Position numbers and translations under genes: made by a program. Below are positions 1 to 12,527 of a stretch of DNA of 64,000 nt, one piece after another. The stretch covers positions 8,308,001 through 8,372,000 of the forward strand of contig CM059432.1 in the NCBI GenBank assembly GCA_030390025.1. The letters are read 5' to 3'. The notes under the pieces are model-generated. The model was not told the origin of the DNA and searched no databases. It saw only the letters and a program-made list of their open reading frames with translations. Positions within the stretch are counted from its first letter, which is position 1, and each line of letters starts with the position of its first letter. The DNA is from Squalus acanthias. Its lineage: Eukaryota.

Positions 1-394
1 AAAATCTACCACCTTCTCAAGTTGAAAGTCCATGAGACCCCAAGCATGGTGACCCATACGATCACAGTGATTCTAAACCTATCTCCACAGCGGCAGTCAT
101 TTCCCATCCAACACCAGTCACACAGGAGCTGTATTCATTGACATCTCCTGTGGCGATGCACATGGGGTGGGGGGGGGGGGTCAGGACCAAGTGTCGTCTT
201 CGAGTGAAGCGGGATTAGACGGTGGAGCGATAGTTGGACCAAGGCATGTAAACATAATTCAGTTCCCGTTTTAAAGTCATACCACCCTGTTGTTATTTTT
301 ACAAAATACTTTGCGTCGATATTATTTATAGTGAAATGTCCAGCGTTTGGGAAGCAGGAGAAGTAGAGTTGGACAGAGGACTGGAGCTTCTCAG

Positions 395-960
395 CAGTCT
401 ATGTTAAGGTTAGGCCCCCAGCTGGAGTATTGTGTCCAATTCTGGGCACCGCACTTTAGGAAGGACGCCAAGGCCTTGGAGAGGGTGCAGAGGAGATTGA
501 CCAGAATGGTACCAGGGATGAGGAGCTTCAGTTACGTGGAGAGACTGGAGAAGCTGGGATTGTTCCCTTTAGAGCAGAGAAGGTTAAGGGGAGATTTGAT
601 AGAGGCGTTCACAATTACAAAGGGCTTTGATAGAGTAAATAAAGGAGAAACTGTTTTCACTGGCAGGAGGATCGATAACCAGAGGACACAGATTTAAAAT
701 AATTGGCAAAAGGAACGGAGGAGATGAGGAGAATATTTTTTGCGCAGCGAGTTGGAATGCATTGCCTGAAAAGGGTGGTGGAAGCAGATTCAATGGTAAC
801 TTTTAAAAAGGAATTGGAAATATATTTAAAAAGGAAAATGCTGCAGGGCTATGGTGAAAGAGCGGGGAGTGGGACTAATTGGACGGCTCTTTCAAAGAGC
901 TGACACAGGCACGATGGGCCAAATGGCCTCCTTCTGTGCTGCATCTTTCTAGGATTGTAT
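395..960 (+). mobile_element. CR1 LINE, 5'-truncated 3' fragment (RT C-terminus + 3' UTR)
   Basis: ORF 347..697 reads [27 protein letters not shown]...[12 protein letters not shown]; the 3' UTR hairpin motif atgggccaaatggcctccttctgtgctg follows. Confidence 0.9.
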
Positions 961-1459
961 GAATTGGGAGGTGCAATACTGTGGTGCTACAGCGCCACCG
1001 CTGATGGGAGGATGTAATTACACAATGATAAGATTATCAAGACACTTCCTATTCTAAACATGGACAATGGAATTAAAAATAGAGTAAGTTAACAGGAAAT
1101 GTGTGTAGATGTAGGATTTTGAATATATTGCAGATTGGTATAATAGTTTCATATCTTCTACCCTGCAAATAGTGTTACCAGTACTGGTATACGTGGTGCA
1201 CAGAATGTATTTTAATTATACTCTCTGTGTACAGGAGATTTTTTTTTAACAGAATGCTATTGTAACGGATCCAGGCTCTTACTCATCATCTGACCAGCAC
1301 ACAGAATCATTGCCTTGGTTTCAAACCAAATGTTGGACATGAAATTTCTCCCATCAATAACTTCATTGCAAAAGCCAGCATGAGTGCAAAATGGAATCAA
1401 TGATCAATGGGAAGAATTTCACATCCATTATTATTTGTGCAGAGGAGAATAATCTGTAT

Positions 1460-1627
1460 TTTTTTTTTAACGATTGAGAGATAAATATTGGCCAGGACAC
1501 CGGGGAGAACTCCCCTGCTCTTCTTCGAAATAGTGGCCGTTTAATCTTTTACCTTCACCTGAGAGAGCAGATGGGGGTGGGGAGGGGGTGGGGGGGGGGG
1601 GCCTCGGGTTAACCTCTCATCTGAAAG
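1460..1627 (-). mobile_element. Deu-type tRNA SINE internal fragment
   Basis: ataaatattggccaggacaccggggagaactcccctgctcttcttcgaaatagtg matches the full copies at 39772 and 47771. Confidence 0.8.
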
Positions 1628-2074
1628 AACACTGTAAAGCGTAAGGGAGAGTTTCACTGATCTTAGAGATGCATTTGGTTCTGTCCTTTGATCAGTGGCT
1701 GCCATGAGAAGATGCCTCCTACCACTGGCAGAACGGGAGCGCTCCGGAGACAGAAGTTTCGAAAGCACAACAGCAAACTAACCTAATGTGAGAGAGGTCA
1801 CATTTCAGCCGGTGCCCATTGGAGTGCAGGCAGCCCTCTGTGGCCACTATTCAAGCCATTCTTTATCCTAACACTTCACCATTTATCTCTTCACCATGCC
1901 CTCTAAAAAAAAGTGAATTTCCACAGTTGAGTGAGACACCTTCCATCAGTGTTAGAGTGGATGGGAAAGGAACACCAGAAACACCCATCCTCAGAGTGAG
2001 AAGAAATTCATGGATTGCACAGGAAGGCACCATAAAATAGACATAGTGGAAATGTATTTTATTGATTTAAAGAA

Positions 2075-2500
2075 AACAAATTGCATTTATACAGCGTCTT
2101 TCACATAGTAAAACGTCCCAAGGCGCTTCACAGGAGCGATTATCAAACAAAATTTGACACCGAGCCACATAAGGAGATATTAGGGCAGGTGACCAAAAGC
2201 TTGGTCAAAGAGGTAGGTTTTAAGGAGCGTCTTAAAGGAGGAAAGAGAGGTAGAGAGGCAGAGTGGTTTAGGGAGGGAATTCCAGAACTCCGAGCCAAGG
2301 CACGGCCGCCAATGGTGGGGCGTTGGAAATCGGAGATGCGCAAGAGGCCAGAATTGGAGGAGTGCGGAGATCTCGGAGGGTTGTAGGGCTGGAGGAGGTT
2401 ACAGAGATAGGGGGGGTGAGGCCATGGAGGGGTTTGAACACAAGGATGAGAATTTTAAATTCGGGGCTTTGCTGAACCGGGAGCCAATGTAGGTCAACAT
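2075..2500 (-). mobile_element. L2 LINE 3' end
   Basis: Reverse complement of the 62440-62860 copy (end of ORF2: FKTLLKTYLFDQAF, then gcgctatataaatgc-like tail). Confidence 0.85.
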
Positions 2501-2577
2501 CTTTGTGTAGTTCTGTTACATATATTTCTAATTAGCTGCAGGGGATAGAAATGTTAGGGAAGGAATGATTGTTAAAG

Positions 2578-2797
2578 TGAGACCATTTCATTCAGAGGGT
2601 GGTGGGGGTCTGGAACTCACTGCCTGAAAGGGTGGTAGAGGCAGAAATCCTCATCGCATTTAAAAAGTACTTGGATATTCACTTGAAGTGCCGTAACCTA
2701 CAGGGCTACGGACCAAGAGCTGGAAAGTGGGATTAGGCTGGAGAGCTCTTTTTCAGCCTCCTTCTGTGCCGTAAATTTCTACGATTCTATGATTCTA
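2578..2797 (+). mobile_element. CR1 3' fragment
   Basis: cagagggtggtgggggtctggaactcactgcctgaaaggg...gattctatgattcta tail; same subfamily as the 9778 and 58357 copies. Confidence 0.85.
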
Positions 2798-3577
2798 CAC
2801 GGGCTCCTCTGGTATAGTTGGCTTATGCTGACATTGAGACACGCAGCAGCCAGACGCAGGGTACCCAATGTGAACGAATGGTCAGCTTTAACTCGGTGAA
2901 TGCAGTTTGGAAAGTGCGTCTTCCACCTCTAGCTGAAGAACAGTGCAGGACACCCTGACGGCACAGCCAGTGTGTGTGAGCCAGCAAACCGTCGAGTCAG
3001 GAATTTAAACAGGAAAATCCGTGAGACCACTGTCCACGAGCTTGAACATTCCCGATTGGTATTCAACACACTTCGCCTTTATTGGATCCACGCGCTCCAT
3101 CTGCTGCGACTGCACATCCCACAGCATTTCACCAAGGATACAGGAATTAATTCATCCCGGTCCACCTCAACAAACAGAACGGCTGGCGCATGAATAAACA
3201 TCTGCCGCTGAACATCATGTGGACCAAAGGGCCCCAGCTATTATTCTGTTGCAAATATATTCTGGCCGCTTGCTATGCCAGGGTTGAGCATACAAGGCTA
3301 AAATGGAATAAACTCTCGGCCATTCATCTAAAGCCATAAGGGAGAGTCAGACGCACACTCCCAAGTGACAGTTTTGTAGAGCGGGGTTTGTAACACAGAA
3401 TGCACATCATCATTTAAACAGAAACAATCCTTCATTCAGTGCCGTGTTCCATTAGAAAGAAAACTGGCCTGAATGCTTCTCAGTTTTTGACCAACCTTCA
3501 CTTAAGTGAGACTCGCTTCTGAAATGTATTTTCCTGCAAACTGGTTATTGTTTCTGTTTTGTCTGATGGCGGTAGCT

Positions 3578-3790
3578 TACATAGATTACATAGAAGATAG
3601 GAGCAGGAGTAGGCCATCCGGCCCTTCGAGCCTGCTCCGCCATTTGATGAGATCATGGCTGATCCTCCAATTCAGTATCCCGTCCCCGCCTTCTCTCCGT
3701 AACCCTTAACCCCTTTTGCCTGTAGAAATATATCTAATTCCCTCTTAAATATATTTAATGAGCTGGCGTACACTGCCCTCTGTGGCAATG
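3578..3790 (-). mobile_element. CR1 3' fragment
   Basis: catagaagataggagcaggagtaggcc... is the reverse complement of the CR1 tail at 21530-21620. Confidence 0.8.
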
Positions 3791-4039
3791 AGCTTAGCAT
3801 TCTTTAACTTCACTTCTGTTATATTTCTATTTCTGACACCACCATACGGTTTGCAACCACTCTTGTTTATTGTACAAGACTAAGTCCAGATACACACAAT
3901 ATCTTTAAGCAGTAAACATACAGAGGAGTAAACAATGCTACCGCGTGTCCTTTCCCCGTTAGAGATGTAACCTTGTTGTTGTTCCTTTCCAATCCTGACG
4001 CTCTCTCTACAACTTGTTAAGAAAAGCTTAGGACCTTTA

Positions 4040-4640
4040 TTTTGTCATTTTAATTCACCTCTCCACGCCCACTCAGACCTCACCGTCCTCGGCCTCGTGC
4101 ATTGCTCCACGGAAGCTCAGCGTAAGCTCGAGGAACAGCACCTCATCTTCCGTTTAGGCACTTTACAGCCTTCTGGACTCAATATCGAGTTCAACAATTT
4201 CAGATCATAACCTCGGCCCCCACCACATATGTATATATGTATACATTTTGTCCACCCTTTCGGTTTGTGCCTTTTCCCTTTTTTTTCTCTCTCTCCCCCC
4301 ACAGCAGCTGTCTCTCATTCTGCCAGCATTTCACATTTCACACTTCTGAGCCACCTTTTGTTTCTTAACCTGTCCATTACCATCTCGTCTTGCCTTGAGC
4401 ATCTCTTAATGTCTCTACTTACCATAGACCATCCCTTTTGTTCTTTTATTCCTCCCCCCAGCCTCCCCCTTGCTTTTTTATCTGTTTCATTTCCTGCTTT
4501 TTTCTCAGTTCTGGCGAAGGGTCTTCGGCCTGAAACGTTAACTCTGTTTCTCTCTCCACGGATGTTGCCTGGCCTGCTGAGTTCTTCCAGCGTTTTCTGT
4601 TGTTGTTTCAATTTTCCAGCATCCGCAGTATTTTGCTATC
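4040..4640 (+). mobile_element. Penelope-like element 3' fragment (GIY-YIG C-terminus + pLTR with degenerate hammerhead)
   Basis: Translates ...HAHSDLTVLGLVHCSTEAQRKLEEQHLIFRLGTLQPSGLNIEFNNFRS*; hammerhead-like motif ctggcga-agggtcttcggcct-gaaacgtt at 4511-4539. Confidence 0.85.
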
Positions 4641-4994
4641 GTATTAGGACCTTTATAGCCTGTTTCTCAAGAACTCTGTCAGTGCTAATTAATTATGGCG
4701 CGACAAGTGTTATTGTGAACAAGACCCCCAGAAAGGATGTACTTCCTTCAAAACAACAGATGTCACTATCCTGTTACTATCTCGCTACTATCCTGTCCTA
4801 TTGTCTCACTTCCTTATCTCAAAACTACCTTGGTTGTTTCCCAATGTGGCCATGAAAACAAGTCAAGGGACCCGAATCTTATACATCCCATCGTTTCAGC
4901 AAACACCTACACCACAGTGTCGACTAAATTGTACCCTGACGAATCAAGCCCTAAAGCATCCTGGGAATGAACAACTTTTAACCATTTCATTAAA

Positions 4995-5475
4995 AGAAAA
5001 AAGAAAGACTTGCATTTATATAGCGCCTTTCATGACCACCGGATGTCTCAAAGAGCTTTTACAGCCAATGAAGTACTTTTTTTTTGAAGTGTAGTCACTG
5101 TTGTACTGTGGGAAACACGGCAGCCAATTAGCACACAGCAAGCTCCCACAAACAGCAATGTGCTAATGACCAGTTAATCTTTATTTTGTTATGTTGGTTG
5201 AGCGATAAATATTGGCTGAGGACACCGGGGATAACTCCCCTGCTCTTCTTCAAAATAGTGCCATGGGATCTTTTACGTCCACCTGATAGAGCAGGCGGGG
5301 CCTCGGTTTAACGTCTCATCTGAAAGACGGCACCTCTGACAGTGCAGCGCTCCCTCAGTACTGCACTGGAGTGTTAGCCTAGATTTAATGTGCTCAAGTC
5401 TCTAGAGTGAGACCCGAACCCACAACCTTCTGACTCAGAAGGCGAGTGCGCAACCCACTGAGCCACGGCTGACAC
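4995..5475 (-). mobile_element. Deu-type tRNA-derived SINE, full length (SacSINE1-like)
   Basis: Minus strand begins tgtcagccgtggctcagtggg (A box), has a B-box-like ggttcgggtct, the central domain, and ends gcgctatataaatgcaagtctttc. Confidence 0.85.
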
Positions 5476-5929
5476 AATGAAGCAAAACGAAGCAATTAAG
5501 CAAAACAAAACCAAAAATTTTAATCATATGAGATTAAACCAAATCCTAATGCTATGTATACACAACTAGGGTCTCTTACACTGCCACACCTTGCAACTAT
5601 CAGCTAGTTCTACCTCCATTACTGGAACCCACTTCATGGTTCCATGAGTTACATTTTTCATGTTGCCGGACTGACGGTACATTTGTGTGTATATTTTTGA
5701 CACTTTTAACAGATGTCTCATTTTTTGACCCTGTGGGATTTTGCAATCATAGAAAGTCTTGGGAGAAAGTGTGCTGCAACGTCAACAGGCAAAGGCTTTC
5801 CCTCCCTTGTTGTATGTTCCAGCAACTGGAACCAAGGCAGGTAGATGGCATTAAGATACAGATCAGCCATGATCTAATTGAATGGCGGAACAGGCTCAAT
5901 GGGCTCAACGGCCTACTCCTGTTCCTAGC

Positions 5930-6197
5930 GGGGTGATTTTAACCCCTACTCGCTCAGCAGAAACCTGGCGGGTGGGCAGTTAAAATCGCCCTGGGCTCTT
6001 ACCGGTCCGAAAGCCACCATGATCGCAACATCTGCAGTTTTAACCTGCTCTCCTGAGCAGGCAGCAAGGACAGGCGCCCGGAGCCAACAGGGTCCTTCTT
6101 TACATGTGCATGTGGTGGCCCAATTACATCATTGAGACCCGACTGTAATTTTAACTCAGGCCTGAGCGGGGAATCCACCTGGAGTTAAAATCAGGGT
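5930..6197. mobile_element. ~270 bp MITE, copy 1 (inverted copy at 38916-39186)
   Basis: Ends gggtgattttaac...gttaaaatcaggg; aligns along its whole length with the reverse complement of 38916-39186. Confidence 0.75.
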
Positions 6198-6446
6198 TAC
6201 CCTCAGTCACCAAACAATGGTTAACTCTATATTCAAACCGTTGCTTCCAAGGCACAAAGTTTTGGGTAATGACTGATACAGCTCCACAGACAGGCGTAGG
6301 ATATAAAGCTTCCCTACTGATACTCTGTGCACAGTTTATGGCTTCAACCAGATTGTTGGAGTGCAGCTGTCTAAACATGAAGGTCCAATGCTTTTTTTTC
6401 TGTCTTTTCAATGTCTCTGTGCAGGCTTATACATTTGGTCAAGTCA

Positions 6447-6770
6447 TTAGAATCAGAGAATAGTACCGCACAGGAGGAGGCCATTCGGCCCATCGAGTCT
6501 GCGCCGGCTCTTTTGAAGAGCAATCCAGTTAGTCCCACTCCCCCGCTCTTTCCCCATCTTCCTGCAATTTTTTCACCCTCAAGTATTTATCCAACCCCCT
6601 TTTGAAACCTACTATTGAATCTGTATCCACCACCCTATCAGGCAGCGCCTTCCAAATCCTAACCACTCATTGCGTAAAAAAGTATTTCCTCGTGTCGTCT
6701 CTGGTTCGTTTGCCAATCACCTTAAAACTGTGCCCTCAGCCATTGGAAACAGTTTCTCCTTATTTACTCT
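6447..6770 (-). mobile_element. CR1 3' fragment
   Basis: agaatcagagaatagtaccgcacaggaggaggccattcggcccatcgag... CR1 3' UTR in reverse. Confidence 0.85.
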
Positions 6771-6989
6771 GTTACAGGGCACAGCATTGTTTATTTTGTT
6801 GAGCTATTATCAGGTATATTTAGCCGAGGGATGCATTGAGGTGTTCCTGAGATGCATCATGCAGTCCTTCAACAATGGGACTCGGGCTGCATGGTGTTTC
6901 CCCAGTTCTAGGCAATGGCCATAAACCAGCTGTTTTAAGTGGGATTTTTATTTATAGGTTGTGGAGACACCACTCTAATAAAGATGCTG

Positions 6990-7212
6990 CGAGAGTGGAG
7001 AGAATGTGGAACTCGCTACCACAGGGAATAGTTGAGGCGAATAGCACAGATGCATTTAAGGGGAAGATAGATGAACACATGAGGGAGAAAGGAATAGAGG
7101 GATATGCTGATAGAGTTAGATGAGGAAGGACGGGAGGAGACTCGAGTGGACCATGGGCTGGTTGGGCCAAATGGCCTGTTTCTGTGCTGTATATTCTATG
7201 TAATTCTATGTA
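6990..7212 (+). mobile_element. CR1 3' fragment (subfamily with gggaggag(a/g)ctcg 3' UTR motif)
   Basis: RVERMWNSLPQGIVEANSTDAFKGKIDEHMREKGIEGY followed by ggcctgtttctgtgctgtatattctatgtaattctatg. Confidence 0.85.
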
Positions 7213-7294
7213 GACTATTTCTGACATTGAAGACAATGCCTGATTGGAAGTAGAAAAAGAGGTCAGGCTGAATAAGGTGAAATTTATTGATTAC

Positions 7295-7417
7295 CTGTGG
7301 GAATGTTATTATCCGAGTAGAAGGGAGGGGGTTTGCTATCCTGGCTGTGACCTTCTTATGCCAAATTCTTAATCCATTCTCAATCGAGCTTCCATGGGAA
7401 CATCTAATTGTGCCAAA
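7295..7417 (-). other. Candidate isolated exon (unverified)
   Basis: Acceptor tctttcatcctcttctcccag|, donor cag|gtaatc, 123 nt, only one open frame (FGTIRCSHGSSIENGLRIWHKKVTARIANPLPSTRIITFPQ); peptide not recognised. Confidence 0.25.
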
Positions 7418-7509
7418 CTGGGAGAAGAGGATGAAAGACATTGACGTATTTTTAGCAAGACTGCTGTCCTCTCTCTCTCCCATGTTAGTGTTTGCACTAA
7501 TGGTAGTGG

Positions 7510-7968
7510 ACCCAGGTCAGAGGCTGGGTATTCAGTGGCGAGTGACTCACCTCCTGTCCTGACTCCCCAAAGCCTTTCCACCATCTACAATGCGCAAGTC
7601 AGAAGTAAGATGGACTACTCTCCACTTGCCTGTATTAGCACAGCTCCAACAACACTCAAGAAGCTCAACACCATCCAGGACAAAGCAGTCCACTTGATTG
7701 GCACCCCATCCACCACCTTAAACATTCTCTCTCTCGACCACCAGCCACACCGCGGCTGCAGTGTGTACCATCGGCAAGATGCACTGCAGCAACTCGCCAA
7801 GGCTTCTTCGGCAGCACCTCTCAAACCCGCGACCTCTTCCACCTAGAAGGACAAGGGCAGCAGGCGCATGGGAACACCACCCCCTCCAAGTTCCCCTCCA
7901 AGTCACACACCATCCTGACTCGGCAATATATCGCTGTTCCTTCATCGTTGCTGAAATACTGGAATCAT
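7510..7968 (+). mobile_element. LINE family B (CR1/L2-group APE-RT) 3' fragment
   Basis: LTPQSLSTIYNAQVRSKMDYSPLA...APTTLKKLNTIQDKA matches the 12920-16178 element. Confidence 0.85.
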
Positions 7969-8729
7969 TTAAGAAACAGTGGGACTTTGTAACAGGGGAC
8001 TGTTGGGTCTTTGTACCATGAGAGCTCATTGATCCTTTCAAAAGTTTCTAAATCCACAAGTGTTTTCCCTGTAATACAACTGATGGAATATTGGTTATAG
8101 CTGCAGCTTAAGTCATGACAATGAATGTCCCGTTGCACTCGCATTGTAACTTCTTTTTGGCTGTCATACGTGAAGCCACTAGGTTTCAGTTTTCACAGAA
8201 AAGCAAATGAATTGCAAAAATCTTCAACTCCTACCTAATAAATAGGAATTTAATTTATTCAGTCACCGTGAAGCAGTGGCCTTGGTTATTAGCCTTTATT
8301 GAGGACTGTTTTCAGGTGTACTTTCTTTTATGAGTTGTCCTGGCGGCTGTGTCAGCTTTTCTTGAAGCTGCTTGTCAGCTTTTCCGAGTTTTGTAGGCTG
8401 GGGTATTTGCACCATTGTGTGCCTCAGCTTATTTTGGCCGTGATTAACCGAACCAGATGTCGAGCACAAACTCAGTCTGGAAAAATAACACTGATGACTA
8501 CGGTGAAGAAACTCCCCGTGAGTTTCATGAAATTGCTGCATTTGTGCGTTAATTGCCACTTAAACTCGCCGCAGAAAGTTAGGGCAGCTACTTAACATCG
8601 TAAGGACCTTTTAAATGAGGCGATTTATGTTCCTGCAATGCCACCGGACCAGAAAGGGAGCAATTGAAACTGTGGAGTCTCATTCCTGCAGGTAGTAAGA
8701 TTGTTAGAGATTTTTTCATTGAAAACTTA

Positions 8730-9596
8730 GGGGGAGAAATTCGGTATCGCCCCGTTTGGGGTGCAATTATCGGCTGGGCGCAATGTTTAGAGCCTGGCGC
8801 TAATTATCGCCTCCGACTGCAAACTTGACTTTTATCGCCCCTGGAGGTGATTGGAGCGCTAAATCAGGCGCTACACACCTCTCTTAAGGCGCAAAGGCCG
8901 AGGAGCGAGGCGCTACCTCAGAGCGCTGGCGATGCTCATGTGATGTCAGTCAGCAATGGAACACAGACACACTGGCGCCGGCCAGTTCTTAAAGGGGAGG
9001 GTCAATCTTGCTCTCCATCCACACCCTACTCATTGCAGCCTTCAGTCTCAGCCTGGAGAGACCTGTACATCAATTCTGCTGGAAAGAACAATGGAGAGAC
9101 CCAGGGAAAGAGCTCAGAGTGCAGCCCCCATAGTCTCTTCTAAATCGATGCAAGGAAGGACAAATCAAAATGAACCTGCAAAGTGCAGCTCAGTACCCAA
9201 AACTCCTTCACACAGCGTTGAATCTCTCCAGAAGTCTCTTTCTCTCTCAGAATGCGTGGTGCAGAAATGTCGTCGACAAAAAAAGGCAGGAAGCGGCCGC
9301 CTTTAAATAGCGCTTCCCCAGTCCCTTCCCGACTGCAAAATGCTCCCCTCAACCTGTCATTGCTAGCAGCAGACGGTAAGGCAGGGGGCGCCAGTCCGGG
9401 GCGTTGCATGCTTGACTGATGTCACGATCTGCGGGTGCAGGAGATCATGGTGGTAGTGTTTAGCGATGCCGCAAAATGTCTGGTCAATTTCGCCAGCGGT
9501 GCAAACATCGCTGCGCCCGGGCGCTAGTTGTTTGTGTCCCATTAGCGCCCTCTTAGGGCGCTAACGGGAGGCGCAAAGCAACCGAATTTTTCCCCC
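8730..9596 (+). mobile_element. Harbinger-type non-autonomous element (MITE), copy 1
   Basis: TIRs gggggagaaattcggt / accgaatttttccccc; TSD TTA (8727-8729, 9597-9599); closely similar inverted copy at 62875-63764. Confidence 0.9.
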
Positions 9597-9777
9597 TTAA
9601 GATTTAAAAAAAATCTTACTTTTCCTTTCTGTCTCCTTTTTCTCTCTCTCTCTTAAACCAATCTTCCTTTCCCTCTCTTGATTTTTCTTTCTGTACCTGA
9701 TCTGACTCAGCTCACACTTCCAGCAACTTACAGGGCAAAGCTTACTTGAACTGAAGGATGAGGGAAAAAGTCTAACG

Positions 9778-10251
9778 CCTGGACTGGGGAATTTTAGCTA
9801 TGAGGAAAGATTGGATAGGCTGGGGTTGTTTTCTTTGGAACAGAGCAGGCTGAGGGGAGACCTAATTGAGGTGTATAAAATTATGAGGGACCTAGATAGA
9901 GTGGATAGAAAGGACCTATTTCCCTTAGCAGAGAGGTCAGTAACCAGGGGGTCACAGATTTAAAGTAATTGGTAGAAGGATTAGAGGGGAGTTGAGGAGA
10001 ACTTTTTTCACCCAGAGGGTGGTGGGGGGTCTGGAACGCACTGCCTGAAAGGGTGGTAGAGGCAGAAACCCTCATCGTATTTAAAAAGTACTTGGACATG
10101 CACTTGAAGTGCTGTAACCTACAGGGCTACGGACCACGTGCTGGAAAGTGGGATTAGGCTGGATAGCTCTTTGTCGGCAGGCATGGACAAGATGGGCCGA
10201 ATGGCCTCCTTCTGTGCTGTAAAGTCCTATGATTCTAGGATATGATTCTAC
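9778..10251 (+). mobile_element. CR1 3' fragment
   Basis: Encodes [30 protein letters not shown]; gattcta tail; flanked by CTAACG at 9772-9777 and 10252-10257. Confidence 0.9.
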
Positions 10252-11274
10252 CTAACGGGGCACGCTGCGAGATGCCCTGCTTCAGCAAGACCTGGGCCAT
10301 TACTCAGTTTGCTTTTGTCAGAATGACTTGCGACCTTGCTGAATGTAAATCTGACACAGTGCATAATCTGAAAGGAAGGTGGGCACTCATTGTGAATACA
10401 TAATTAAACAATGATTCTGCTTTCGATGCATAAATTGACATGTATATTTGGCCAGATGCTAATTTTCTTGCATAAACATGATTAATAATGAAAGCACATT
10501 CTTATTACCCGCGAGACTCTGCTATCTCATTATTTTCTGTCAAAATTGTTTCAACTACAGCAGTCAGGTTCCACCATAGTATTTCAACTTTTAAAAAGTA
10601 TGTATTTCTCCATCCTTATTCTCCTCAAACATGAGCATACATTCAGTCTTATATGAAGATATTGCAATAAGAAAATATACATTGTTTTTATTCGCTATCC
10701 CCAGACTAAGGGGTAGACTCACAGGAAATGAATAGGTTCGTGAATCAGGCTGGTGCTATTATTCAATATGAAATGTTTTTTGTGGGTTTTTTTGTGTCCA
10801 GAAAATAATTTCAAATTTTGTTCTGCTGGGTAAACAACCCAAAATAGCGGTAAGTTTATTCACATTTTTACTGTCAAACGTGACCTAAGGGTGTAACCGT
10901 ACTAATAGGTTGTCTTCTTTTTAATTAGCAACTGACATGCAGTCAGAGACAGCTGTAGCATAAACAGATGTTGGGCCAACTGTGTGATGTACCAATAAGC
11001 AATTGAGAGATTTTTGCACAGCCACATTTCAGCAACTCCACGACACGCCAAATTCTTAAACCACTGGCGTGGCAAAAAATAGTTTCCCCTTCTTTTTTCT
11101 AATTAGTCTTGGGCAGCATTTTTGTGCTTGCAGTCCGCCTGGAGATTGTTCGACAGCTTTTCTGATTTACTTAAACTCTTTTAATAATCTGTATTAGACG
11201 TCAATGGAATAGTCCATGATGAGATTCAGACCCAGCACTCACACTGACACAAGAGCTGTGAAAATAAAAGTGCT

Positions 11275-11718
11275 GAACATAAGAACATAAGAATTAGGAG
11301 CAGGAGTCGGCCATTCGGCCCCTCCAGCCCGCTTCGCCATTCAATGAGATCATGGCTGATCTTCTACCTCCAACTCCACTTTCCTGAACTATCCCCATAT
11401 CCCTTGATTCCCTTAATATTAAAAAGTCTATCGCTCTCTGTCTTGAATATACTCAACGACTGAGCCTCCACTGCCCTCTGGGGTAGAGAATTCCAAAGAT
11501 TCACCACCCTCTGAGCGAAGAAATTTCTCCTCATCTCAGTCCTAAATGGCCGACCCCTTATCCTGAGACTGTGCCCCCTAGTTCTAGACTCCCCAGCCAG
11601 AGGAAACATCCTCCCTGCATCTACCCCTGTAAGAATTTTGTATGTTTCAATGAGATCACCCCTCATTCTTCTAAACTCCAGAGAATATAGGCCTAGTCTA
11701 CTCAAACTATCCTCATGT
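11275..11718 (-). mobile_element. CR1 3' fragment
   Basis: ORF 11364..11705 [24 protein letters not shown]...; (aacataag)n tail. Confidence 0.9.
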
Positions 11719-12527
11719 GAAGGTGAGGTGCCACAAAAAGCATTGAGAAGGTTTGCGTTTTTACATTAGAAAGTCCCACAGCATAAATACTGTGCACTTC
11801 ATAAACCACAGCAAAATATTAATGTTTGAGATTAATGCTGTTAAGATGGTTTCTCTTTTTCTGTGCATTGTCGTAAGATTGTGAATTGAGTCTGTACTTT
11901 GCCTATTAGGTGTGCTAATCATAGAATCACAGAATCGTACAACACGGAAGGGGGCCATTCGGCCAATCGTGCCCGTGCCGGCTCTTTGGTAGGGCTATCC
12001 AATTAGTCCCACTCCCCCCTGCTCTTTCCCCCATAGCCCTGTAAATTTATCCCCTTCAAGCATATATCCAATATTCTTTTGAAAGTTATTACTGAATCTG
12101 CATCCACCACCCATTCAGGCAGTCCATTCCAGATCATAATAACTCGGTGTGTTAAAAAAAACCTCCTCATCTCACCTCTGGCTCTTTTGCCAATTACCTT
12201 ACATTTGTGTCCTCTGATTGCCAACCCTTCTGCGAGTGGAAACAGTTTCTCCTTATTTAGTCGATAACGCTTCAGGATTTTGAACGCCTCTATTAAATCT
12301 CCCCTTAACCTTCTCTGGTCTAAGGAGAACAATCCCAGTTTCTCCAGTACTCTCCACATAACTGAGGTCCCTCATCCCTGGTACCATTCTAGTAAATCTC
12401 TTCTGCACCTACTCCAAGACCTTGACATCCTTCCTAAAGAATTGGACGCCAACTGGGGCCCAACCAGTGAATTATAAAGGTTTAGCATAATGTCCTTGCT
12501 TTTGACCTCTATGCCTCTATTTATAAA

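Larger units (their letters stand above)
8396..10297. mobile_element. Possible older MITE hosting two younger insertions
   Basis: Degenerate TIR-like ends ggctggggtatttgc...gcaagacctgggcc; interrupted by a MITE (TSD TTA) and a CR1 (TSD CTAACG). Confidence 0.35.

Noticed and set aside
988..1008. CTCF-like word agcgccaccgctgatggg
   Set aside because: Only the GGTGGCGC half matches; the 5' half of the core does not fit.
8956..9306. 116 aa ORF apparently conserved with 63188..63538
   Set aside because: Both lie in copies of the same MITE; ORFs in other frames are equally similar, so there is no evidence of coding selection.
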